Positions 1 to 8,100 of a DNA stretch of 32,000 nucleotides are shown piece after piece (the stretch's first letter is position 1; each line of letters opens with the position of its first letter). The DNA comes from Mucisphaera calidilacus (GTDB lineage: Bacteria; Planctomycetota; Phycisphaerae; Phycisphaerales; Phycisphaeraceae): assembly GCF_007748075.1 (NCBI RefSeq), contig NZ_CP036280.1, positions 360,001-392,000 of the forward strand. Reading direction: 5' to 3'. A program made the translations under genes and the position numbers. Below the pieces are notes generated by a model. That model did not search any database, was not told the origin of the DNA, and saw only the letters and a list, made by a program, of their open reading frames with translations.

Positions 1-771
1 TTCCCGGAGGATCTGGTTCTTGAGGCTGCGCGTGACATGCAACGCCCCCACGAGGCAGTGCCCAGTGGCACGGCTGCTCTGGACTGGCACGCTGGCCCGA
101 GGCTGGCGTGGGGCGAGCACCCTCCGGATCACTGGCGTGCGATCACATTCTGGGGGCAGGTCTACGAGGCTGAGGGGGGCAACCCTTCGGGCAATAGTCG
201 CGTTCAGATCCGGGATTTACGGCTGGCGGTCAAGAGCCTCTCGGATGGTCGATGGCATCTGCTGCAGGACACTTCCGGTTTCGAGGGTGCTTTCTTTCGA
301 GAGGACTTCACGGACAATGACAGCTGGGACGCCTGGCTTCACGCCGAGCAAGAGGGTGCCTCGGTCAGGCTCCCCAATGGTCAGGGGCGCAACTTTCACT
401 TCTGGCCTGATGTGGACCGCGCGACGTTCGCGCTTGCGGACATCGACGAGGTGATGGTGAGTGTGGACGCCCGTCTGATTGTCCATGATCCATCGGGACC
501 TGACGATCGCGATCAGGCTCGATTGATGATGAGTGTCGGCGCCGATTACTGGCTGAGTCAGACGGCGGTGTGGGACGGCTGGAAGACCAACGGTGACGTC
601 GGTATCGGCCGTTTCGCGTTCATCGGGCGTGATTGGCAGACTTACACGATGACCACGCTCACGGTTGCCGAGGCGCGGGATGAGTTTCCCGTGCCCGAGC
701 CGGGGGCCGCGTCGCTTGTTGCCATCTGCCTTGGAACGCTCTGGTGTCGACGGAAGGGGGGTTGTTCGTGA
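1..771 (+). CDS. PEP-CTERM sorting-domain protein, 5'-truncated by the window edge
   Basis: Frame 1 is open from nt 1 (FPEDLVLEAARD precedes the first ATG at 37). Stop is TGA 769-771. The C-terminus EFPVPEPGAASLVAICLGTLWCRRKGGCS shows a PEP motif, a hydrophobic helix and a basic RRK cluster. I do not recognise the body of the protein. Confidence 0.8.
   Translation, partial: FPEDLVLEAARDMQRPHEAVPSGTAALDWHAGPRLAWGEHPPDHWRAITFWGQVYEAEGGNPSGNSRVQIRDLRLAVKSLSDGRWHLLQDTSGFEGAFFREDFTDNDSWDAWLHAEQEGASVRLPNGQGRNFHFWPDVDRATFALADIDEVMVSVDARLIVHDPSGPDDRDQARLMMSVGADYWLSQTAVWDGWKTNGDVGIGRFAFIGRDWQTYTMTTLTVAEARDEFPVPEPGAASLVAICLGTLWCRRKGGCS
691..756 (+). other. PEP-CTERM sorting signal (VPEP, hydrophobic helix, RRK)
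   Basis: VPEP is encoded at 691-702, GAASLVAICLGTLWC at 703-747 and RRK at 748-756, six codons before the stop. This matches the exosortase-dependent PEP-CTERM layout. Confidence 0.8.
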
Positions 772-2021
772 GCGGTCGTTATCGTGTTCCGGAGCATCCG
801 CGCGGTTTTATCTGTGGCGAGGAGGAAGAGCGGGCGGTTCTGGATGCGATCCGTCACGGCGGTTCGCTCAGTTACGCCGGTCCGAATCTGCCTGCCTTCG
901 AGCGTGAGTTTGCCGACTATGTTGGCGTGGATCACGCCATCGCGGTCGCCAACTGCACCGTCGGGTTGTTCGTGGCGGCGCAGGCGCTTCGGCTGGGCGT
1001 TGGTGACGAGGTCATCATGACGCCACAGACGTTCCGAGCCACGGCTGCCGGGCTGATCATCAAGGGTGTACGGATCTGTTTCGCGGATATCGATGACTCG
1101 TTGAACCTGGATCCCGAGACGATCGAGTCGCTGATCACTGAGCGCACGAAGGCGGTTTTCGTCACGCACATGCATGGGAACCCCGCTGACATGCCGCGGA
1201 TCCTGGAGATTGCGCGCGCACGCGGGTTGTATGTTGTCGAGGACGCTGCGCACGCACCGGGTGCCACGTGTGACGGGGTTTGTGTCGGCGGTTTCGGCGA
1301 CCTGACGGTGTTTTCCTTCCACAGTCTGAAGAACATGTCGACGGGCGGTGAGGGCGGGATGATCACCGCGCGGGACCGTTCGCTGGCCGATGCCTGCCGG
1401 GCTTTGCGGACGATGGGTGTTCACGGCGATCTCGTGTCACGCGAGACGCGTGGTTTTGGTCGTTACGCCAAGCCGGATTTCTATTACAACGACCACAGCG
1501 GAGGGGCTTTCGACGCCTACTACCGGCCGGGGTACGAGTTGGGCATGAACATGAGGTTGAGTGACCTTCAGGCGGCTTTCGGTCGTGTTCAGCTCAGGCG
1601 GCTTGATGCGATGAACGCCACGCGGGCTCGGATTGCTGCGCGTTACGACGATGTGGTTCGCGACCTGCCTGTCTTCAACCGGTTCGAGCCGCGTCGCGGC
1701 GACCGCTGCGTCTATCATTTGTATCCGCTGCGTCTGAACACCGACGTCTGTGGTTGGTCTCGTGACGAGGTTGTCCGCTACCTGCAGGAGGATCGCGGGA
1801 TTGAGATGCTGCTGCGTTACTTCCCCGTTCATCTTTCGGAATACATGCAGCATGCCGGCTATCGGCTCGGTGCCTGCCCGGTCTGTGAGCGGATCTACTT
1901 TGAGGAGATGATCAATCTTCCGATCAGCCCCAATCTGACGGAAGAGCAGATCGACTGGGTTTGCGGCAGCCTTGTTGAGGTGAATCGTCGAGCCGTATCG
2001 GCGGGTCACCTGACCCGGTAG
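768..2021 (+). CDS. DegT/DnrJ/EryC1/StrS-family PLP-dependent (nucleotide-sugar) aminotransferase
   Basis: Family motifs are present: FEREFADYVGVDHAIAVANCTVGL, VIMTPQTF, VVEDAAHAPGA and FSFHSLKNMSTGGEGGMI (PLP-lysine motif). GTG 768 is preferred over the track's GTG 744 because GGAAGGGGGG (751-760) sits 7 nt upstream. GTG 768-770 also overlaps the upstream stop TGA 769-771 (GTGA). Stop at 2019-2021. Confidence 0.9.
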   Translation: MSGRYRVPEHPRGFICGEEEERAVLDAIRHGGSLSYAGPNLPAFEREFADYVGVDHAIAVANCTVGLFVAAQALRLGVGDEVIMTPQTFRATAAGLIIKGVRICFADIDDSLNLDPETIESLITERTKAVFVTHMHGNPADMPRILEIARARGLYVVEDAAHAPGATCDGVCVGGFGDLTVFSFHSLKNMSTGGEGGMITARDRSLADACRALRTMGVHGDLVSRETRGFGRYAKPDFYYNDHSGGAFDAYYRPGYELGMNMRLSDLQAAFGRVQLRRLDAMNATRARIAARYDDVVRDLPVFNRFEPRRGDRCVYHLYPLRLNTDVCGWSRDEVVRYLQEDRGIEMLLRYFPVHLSEYMQHAGYRLGACPVCERIYFEEMINLPISPNLTEEQIDWVCGSLVEVNRRAVSAGHLTR

Positions 2022-2140
2022 GGTGGGGGCGTGTCGAAGATGACGCGTGTTGCGTCTATGACGCCTTCCTCTGTGGGCATGGCGGTGAGCCATGTGGGGA
2101 TCGGGTAAGAGCCTACGGTTGTGGTTGTGATTGCTTTCAT
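2006..2140 (-). pseudogene. Possible 5' remnant of a cobalamin-independent methionine synthase (MetE/Meth_synt_2-like) gene; 44 codons only
   Basis: The minus-strand ATG at 2140 gives MKAITTTTVGSYPIPTWLTAMPTEEGVIDATRVIFDTPPPYRVR*. The TTTVGSYPxPxWL start resembles, from memory, the N-terminus of short MetE-type proteins. The ORF stops after 44 aa and its 3' end overlaps the DegT stop on the other strand. Confidence 0.25.
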
Positions 2141-2168
2141 GCTGTCTGCTTTCGTGTTGTGGTGTTTC

Positions 2169-3008
2169 TCAGGTGTGCGTGCGTCGGTAGTGGCCCGGCG
2201 CGTGCGACTCGTGGCGTGCGAAGGATCGGTAGAAGCTGGTGACGTCGTCAAAACCGCACTCGAAAGCGATGCTTAGGATGCTGTGGTCCGTGGTGGTGAG
2301 CAGTTGTCGTGCGTGGTCGATGCGCAGCCGTTCGATATAGCGTCGGTATGACTCGCCTGTGATCTGGCGGAAGAGTGTGGTGAAGCGTCGGCGACTCATC
2401 CCGCAGTGCTCGGCGGCGCGATCCACGGTGATGTGCTCAAAGAACCGCCCGTTGAGCCGGTCGATGTGGTGCATGACGCGTTGGCGTGAGGTGTCAGTCG
2501 TCTTGTCGTCAGTGGTACGCGTGACGCGTTCGATGAGCACGACCAGTTGATGCGCCAGCCCGAGGATCAGCGACCGGTATCCGGGCTTGCGTGTCGATTG
2601 CTCGAAGAGCATCTGTCTCAGGAGGCGTCGTGTTTCGTGGACGCGATGGGCCGGGAGGGCGACGGTCTGTGCACGGCTCGTGCAGGCGATGCGGTCGACG
2701 AGCACGCCCGGATCGAGGCAGAGCGCGAGCAGCGTGACGGGCTGGCCCGGGGTGTCGTCCAGGCGGTGACTGACCCCGGCCGGCACGATAGTTGCCTGAT
2801 CCGGCAAGAGAGAGAGTTGTCTGCGGCGTACCGACACGCAGCCGGATCCGTTGACGGGAAGCAGGATTTTGTGGAATGCGTGAGACATGAGATCCGTGCT
2901 GAACAACGGGGCATGTGCTGATTCGAACACCGTGACACCAAAGTCAGCGAGGCGGACTTCGACCGGTCTTTGTCGTTTCAGTGTACGGGTTGGGTGTCGA
3001 TCGGTCAT
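2169..3008 (-). CDS. AraC/XylS-family transcriptional regulator (cupin-like N-terminal domain plus C-terminal double HTH)
   Basis: The C-terminus AAEHCGMSRRRFTTLFRQITGESYRRYIERLRIDHARQLLTTTDHSILSIAFECGFDDVTSFYRSFARHES is a typical AraC HTH signature. ATG 3008 (MTDRHPTRTL...) is chosen. The track's start at 3047 is a TTG that adds 13 hydrophobic residues. Confidence 0.88.
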   Translation of the reverse strand: MTDRHPTRTLKRQRPVEVRLADFGVTVFESAHAPLFSTDLMSHAFHKILLPVNGSGCVSVRRRQLSLLPDQATIVPAGVSHRLDDTPGQPVTLLALCLDPGVLVDRIACTSRAQTVALPAHRVHETRRLLRQMLFEQSTRKPGYRSLILGLAHQLVVLIERVTRTTDDKTTDTSRQRVMHHIDRLNGRFFEHITVDRAAEHCGMSRRRFTTLFRQITGESYRRYIERLRIDHARQLLTTTDHSILSIAFECGFDDVTSFYRSFARHESHAPGHYRRTHT

Positions 3009-3128
3009 CAGAATTGCCTGAAATGCAAATATAGCCCAAAAGGCCAAGACACGGAACCCGTCGCGTCTATCATCGGTTCTGATGGTCCGGTGTTCATGGT
3101 GCTTTCTGGCCCTGTTGGTGGATCTGTT
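3009..3128. promoter_or_regulatory. Divergent promoter/operator region between the AraC-family regulator and the isomerase-like gene
   Basis: This 120-nt spacer lies between two divergently oriented starts. It is locally AT-richer (GAAATGCAAATATAGCCCAAAAGG). It also holds an imperfect direct repeat, GTTCTGATGGT ... GTTCATGGTG, at about 3076-3105. No binding site is proven. Confidence 0.4.
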
Positions 3129-4490
3129 ATGTCGATGATTGATCGAGTCTCTCGCGTTCCGGTTCTGTGTTTCGGCTCGCCCGTCTACTGGGAGCGTGAG
3201 GAAGCGCTGCGGGCCGCGTGCCGCGAGGTTGTCTCGTGGTTGTCGGCGGAGGAGGAGGGGCGGTCATCGCCTCGGCCTGAAGCCGTTCTGATCCGTGAAG
3301 AATCCGATTTGTTGCGGTGGCGGGCTGAGCGGTCGCGTCGTGACGGGATGGTGATCTTCGTCGCGTTGAGTGGCGGTGTGCAGCCGCTGATGCTCAAGGC
3401 GGCCGAGGGGCGCGATCATGTCGTGCTTGCGCACGCCTACCTTGCTCAAGGCTCAGAGCGTTTTCGTTCGCTTGCGGGTGAGCTGATGCACCGCAACGCG
3501 CACCCGGCCTCGACGGACGTGTATGCGTGTCTGCGTCGTCAGCGTCAGGGCGTCACGTGGGCGTCGAGCGCGTCGGAGGTCTGGGATGCCATGATTGGCT
3601 GGCAGGCACGCGAGCGGATGCGTGGAGCGCGGATCGTCATGATCGGGGAGACGGAGCCGTGGGTGATCAACAGTTGCCGGTCGCCCGAGCGTGCCCGCGG
3701 GGTTTTCGGCTGCGATGTTGTGCCTTTGCCGCTTGAGGTTCTATTGGATCGTGCCCGTTCGGTGACCGACGAGCAGGCACGCGAGCACGCGGATGACTGG
3801 GTGGGCGGGGCTCAGGGTCTGGTGCAGCTGGATCAGGCCGACGTGCTGGCGGCCTCGCGGGTGTATTGTGCGATGGACGCGATTCTTGCCGAACACGGTG
3901 CCGACGGCCTGTCGATCGCCTGCTTCAGTCTGATTGGTGCGCTGGACACGACGAGCTGTCTTGCGGTGAGTACCTTCAACGATCGTCACGGTCGACTGGC
4001 GGCCTGCGAGGGTGATCTTGATGCGGCTCTGACGATGCTCATGCTCAAGGCTCTGGGAGCCACCTTCGTCTGGGTGGCCAACCCGATTATTCACGGTGCT
4101 CGCACGCTCGATCTGGTGCATTGCACCGCGCCGCGATGTGCCTGCGGTGGTCAGCAGCCTTACCGCCTGCTGCGTCATCACGAGAGCGGCCGCGGCGTTG
4201 CTCCGGAGGTTGCGTTGCCCACGGGTCGGAGCGTGACGCTGTCGAGGTTGGGTGATGATCTCTCGCGCGTTGCTCTGCTGGAGGGGCGGACTCATGCGGT
4301 CGATCATCTCCCGGCGTGTCACACGCAGCTGCGCATCGAACTCGATGCCGGGCAGGACGCCATCGAAGCGTTGCTCGGAACGCATCTCGTCATGACCTAT
4401 GGCTCGTGGGCCGGGAGGATCGAGCACTTCGCGCGGTTTGCGGGTCTGGAGACGGTCGGCAGCGTGTCGGTCAGCGATGTGTCGTGCTGA
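3129..4490 (+). CDS. Putative sugar isomerase of the L-fucose/L-arabinose isomerase superfamily
   Basis: Long ORF with a stop at 4488-4490. ATG 3129 (MSMIDRVSRVPVLCFGSP) is preferred over the track's 2970 start, which would overlap the AraC gene. GADGLSIACFSLIGALDTTSCLAVSTFND...RLAACEGDLDAALTMLMLKAL...LVHCTAP...LRHHESG resembles the C...C / (A)E-G-D / HC pattern of fucose/arabinose isomerase-like enzymes. Pairing with a divergent AraC regulator fits sugar catabolism. Confidence 0.6.
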   Translation: MSMIDRVSRVPVLCFGSPVYWEREEALRAACREVVSWLSAEEEGRSSPRPEAVLIREESDLLRWRAERSRRDGMVIFVALSGGVQPLMLKAAEGRDHVVLAHAYLAQGSERFRSLAGELMHRNAHPASTDVYACLRRQRQGVTWASSASEVWDAMIGWQARERMRGARIVMIGETEPWVINSCRSPERARGVFGCDVVPLPLEVLLDRARSVTDEQAREHADDWVGGAQGLVQLDQADVLAASRVYCAMDAILAEHGADGLSIACFSLIGALDTTSCLAVSTFNDRHGRLAACEGDLDAALTMLMLKALGATFVWVANPIIHGARTLDLVHCTAPRCACGGQQPYRLLRHHESGRGVAPEVALPTGRSVTLSRLGDDLSRVALLEGRTHAVDHLPACHTQLRIELDAGQDAIEALLGTHLVMTYGSWAGRIEHFARFAGLETVGSVSVSDVSC

Positions 4491-4829
4491 GTCTGCGTTG
4501 ATTCGACGTCCTGGATCACATGAGGGCCGAGGTCTGTGCGTGGCCGATGGGCGGGGCGTTGCGGGCCCGCGTGTGCATCGGGTGTGTCCTAGCGGCCGGG
4601 CGGGAGCGTGGCAGGTTGGGTCTGGGCAAGCGGGGGCATCTGGGTTGTTATGTCGTGGTAGCGCTTTTATTTCCCTGATTCGGTGATCGTCCGGGGCTAG
4701 TTGGCTCTGAACGCCTTGGCGTCGTGTTTTTGTGTCTGAGGTCATCATTTTCTAACGAGTACGAAGCGGTGTGGGGCGTGGGTATGGCGTTGCCGGCGAT
4801 TGCGTTGGATAAAAACACCTAAAAATCGG

Positions 4830-4857
4830 TTGTTTCGCGCGTCGCTGCCTGTAAATT
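4830..4857 (+). promoter_or_regulatory. Candidate sigma70-like promoter (TTGTTT-N16-TAAATT) upstream of the giant gene
   Basis: TTGTTT at 4830-4835 and TAAATT at 4852-4857 are separated by 16 nt, inside the only AT-rich patch of the window (about 4650-4860). The site is ~290 nt upstream of ATG 5150. Planctomycete promoter rules are poorly defined, so this is tentative. Confidence 0.25.
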
Positions 4858-5149
4858 AGAGGTTTGGGACGGGTTGGCGAGAGGGAACTGGTCCGGGCCA
4901 GTGAGGGAGTCGCCATGTACGGTGATGAGACTGGTCTGGATCTGACTTGGAGAAGTGCATCTACTGGAAAAGGCATCCACCTGCATTGGGCGAGGGTTCG
5001 TCTGTCCGCATCGATCTGTGCGGGTGAGGGTGTCGGCTCGTGTCTGCTCACGGGTTGATGTAGGTGCAGCGCGTTGTTCCTAAGAGCCGCGTGGAGCGCG
5101 GTGTTTGGAGTCTGTCGTGATCAATTCATGGTGGCGTAGAAGGGGACGT

Positions 5150-8100
5150 ATGCGGCGGCGTGTGCTGCGGTCGCTGCGCAGGATGCTCGGTCTGAAGCGG
5201 AATCGGCCGTCGCTCGCGCAACGGGTTGAGCAGCTCCAGACCGGTGCGCGCCTGCGGCTGCGTTGTTTCCTTGATCGTGCCCTGCTCCGGCCGTTGGCGG
5301 GTCGTACGACGACTGCCAGTGCGCTCCTGGATCCGAAGTTTGAGAGTCTTGAGCCGCGGCTGCTCCTCTCGGCCGATGCCCCTGATTGGTCGCTGTTTGA
5401 TGAAGATCAGCACGGCGTCGCTGCGGAGTCACAGGTTTCGGAGCCGGGGACGGAAGATCTGCCCGCGTCGGCTCGGTCCTACAGCCTCCTGGCCGCTTCG
5501 GGGTCGGTGGGCGGCACGCTTTTCGCTCAGGGCAGCGGTGACGCGGATGGTGTCGCGGGGGTGTCGGTGGATGTGGAGGACCTCCGGGAGCGTATGGAGG
5601 CGTTGCGTGACGACTGGCTGGGATCGCTCGATCAGTCGGACGTGTTCAATGTCGAGGTTCCGTTCATCGATGCTTCGCTGGCTGATGTTGTTGATCTCGG
5701 CAAGGCGTTTGATGTCGCGGTGCTACAGAAGATCGCGTGGGGCGGTCTTGAGACGCTCGAGGATTTTGCGGACGAGTTGTCGCGTGCGGGCGCTTTGGCT
5801 GAGGGTCAGGCCGTCAGTTACGACCCCGCTTCGCAGCAGGTCACGATTCCGATCGACTTCGAGATCGCGTTGCACGAGGTTGACCTGCGTGACCTGAGCC
5901 GGCTGGGCCTGGTCGACATCGATCGCATGGTGGATGAGGGGCTGGTGCAACTCGGCGACTACGTCGATCCCGATGACCTGCTGGATCACGGTTACATCGA
6001 CGTGGCGGGGATGATCGGACTGGGCCTGATCAGCACGGGTGACGTCGCGGACTGGGGGGCTGTGGATCAGCAGGCCATCATTGACGCGGGGCTGATCGGT
6101 GTTGCTGGTCTCGCTCAGCACAATCTGGTCGATGGTTCGGATCAGGTTGATCTTGACGCGCTGCTGGACTCGGGTCTGGTCACGCTCGGCGATCTTGTTG
6201 AGAAGGAGTTGGTCACTTACGCCTCGATCACCGGTGGCCTGGGTTTTGTGCAGGAATTGAATCTCCTGGCCACCAACATCGCGGACTACGGGCTTGATCT
6301 CTCGTCGCAGCTGCAGAGCGTTGACCTGATCGACCTCTCGGCCGCCTTCGCCGCCGACGCCAACGCCTTCACGGATCTGATCGCGGCGGAGTTGATTGGC
6401 GTTGCTGACCTCGCCATCGATACGCTGGCTCTTGACGACCTGATTGCGGGTGGTGTCACGACGCTGCAGGAGCTGGTGGACGAGGGCATCCTGACGGCTG
6501 ACGACCTCAGCGACACCCTCCGTCTCGAGGTTGTGGAGCTTCTGGACCAGACCACGTTGACGCTGAGCGGGCTGATCGACGCGGGCGTCATCCGTATCGA
6601 GAGTTTCCGGTCGGACGCGTCGGTTACGGTGCTTGACCTCGTGGGCGACGGTGTGGCCACGCTGCGTCAGCTGGTCGACGCGGGCCTGATCACGCCTGAC
6701 GATTTCGGCCCGATCACGATCCCGGAGAGTGAACTGGTCAACAGCGGGTTGCTGACCCAGTTCCAGCTTGATTTCAACGCGTTGGTCACGGCGGGTCAGG
6801 TTGCCCTCTCGGACCTGGTCGAGGGTGACTTCGTTGACCTGCTCGATCTCATTGAGGAGGGGTTACTCGACGTCCATGACCTGGCTACCTCGAGCCTTGA
6901 TGCTCGTGCGTTGCTGGAGAGCGGCCTTGCCGACCTGCGCACGCTTGCGGACAACGCCTTGCTGCAGGCTGACGCGCTGTTGGATGGCGTGTGGGCCTCG
7001 GCGCATCAGTTGGCCGATGACGGCGTTTTGACGCTCTCGGAGTTGGTGTCGAGTGCGCTCGTTGACGCGGAGGACATGATCCGTGATGCGGTGGACATCC
7101 GTGCGCTGCTGGACGCGGGCGTGACGGACCTGCTGAGTCTTGCTCAGAACGATGTGCTGTTGCCCGCTCAGGTGGCGCTGGATGCCGTGCTCTCGTCGGA
7201 CGTTGCGACCGAGGCGACCGATCTGTTCAACCGCATCAGCACCGCGGGCGGGGTGATCGGGCCCGGATCGATCATTGATCTGGACGACCTGCTCCAGAAC
7301 TTCCCGGTGGGGCTGAGTGACCTGGTCTACTTCGGGCTGGTGACGCAGGACGTCCTGCCCGATCTCGGGTCTGTCGATCGCTCGGCGTTGCTTGCCACGA
7401 AGGCTATCGACGAGAGCGTGCTGCGGCGCAAGGGTGCCGAGGGTGCCGTGAACGAGGGGCTGCTCACGCTTGGGCAGCTCAGCGACCTCGGGGTCATCGA
7501 TCGGGCGAATCTCAAGGATCTGGCGCCGATCGAGATTGATGCCTTCGAACTGACGGCCCAGGCCGTCGCGCAGGCTGATGCGGACGGTTACATCATTCAC
7601 GGGAGTGGTGCCACGCTCGCCGGCCTGCTGGCCCGGCCGGACGTGACGCTTGAGCGTCTGCTTGATCTCGGCCTTGTCGCCACGACCGATCTCGGCGATC
7701 TGGGGACGATCCTGCTGAGCGATCTTTTTGTGCTGGGCACCCTGAGCCGGGCCGACATCCTGGCCAGCAACGTTCTCGACGCGGAACTGCTTGACGGCCT
7801 GATTGCTGTTGACGACACGGTCGCGATCGCCGACCTCACGACGGGCGGGCTCGCCTCGCTCGGTGACCTGGTGGACGCCGGCCTGCTGGGTCTCGCCGAT
7901 TTCAATCTGGTGCTTCCCTTCCACACGCTGACCGAGAACGATCTTCTGGCCTCCGGGCTGATCACGCCTGCGCGTCTTGAGGGCAGCGGGCTGCTGCTGA
8001 CCGGCGGCACGCCTGAGCAGCGTTTTGTTCGGACGCACGAGCTGATCACGCAGGGCTACGCGGAGCTCTCGGACCTACTGGATGCGGGGCTGATTGATGC

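Noticed and set aside
20-907. Frame-2 ORFs 20-454 and 665-907, minus-strand ORF 217-486, and ORF 784-1020.
   Set aside because: They overlap the frame-1 PEP-CTERM protein or the DegT gene and are Arg/Ser-rich shadows.
2042-2056. Small hairpin GACGC-GTGTT-GCGTC between the convergent DegT and AraC genes, considered as a possible bidirectional terminator.
   Set aside because: It has only a 5-bp stem and no flanking T or A tract, so it is too weak to call.
642-2093. Minus-strand ORFs 642-1424 (260 aa), 932-1366 and 1437-2093 (218 aa).
   Set aside because: They are antisense to the well-supported DegT-family gene. They are Arg-rich and show no motifs.
2359-2941. + strand ORFs 2359-2550, 2547-2921 and 2587-2769, and minus-strand ORF 2618-2941.
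   Set aside because: They overlap the AraC-family gene, whose HTH signature fixes the true frame on the minus strand.
2970-3128. The track's upstream start (2970) for the isomerase-like ORF, and the 744 and 3047 starts for the DegT and AraC genes.
   Set aside because: A start at 2970 would overlap the divergent AraC gene and add a non-conserved, Cys/Lys-rich extension. Start 744 lacks an SD, whereas 768 has GGAAGGGGGG upstream. Start 3047 is a TTG with a hydrophobic extension, and ATG 3008 is the simpler choice.
3741-4748. Minus-strand 335-aa ORF, plus + strand ORFs 4316-4501 and 4399-4686.
   Set aside because: They are antisense or off-frame to the isomerase-like CDS and run into the spacer. 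Their composition is R/P/T-rich and non-protein-like.
4864-5058. 64-aa + ORF, with an internal ATG at 4915 preceded by GAGGGAG, in the leader of the giant gene.
   Set aside because: Its codon usage is rich in rare A/T-ending codons (AGA, AGT, GCA, TCT, ACT, GGA, AAA), unlike all confident genes here, and it has no recognisable motif. I kept it only as a possible leader-peptide note in the spacer finding.
4752-5432. Minus-strand ORFs 4752-5051, 5121-5432 and 5126-5413.
   Set aside because: They lie in the spacer or antisense to the giant gene's 5' end. They are P/R/T/A-rich and lack start context and motifs.
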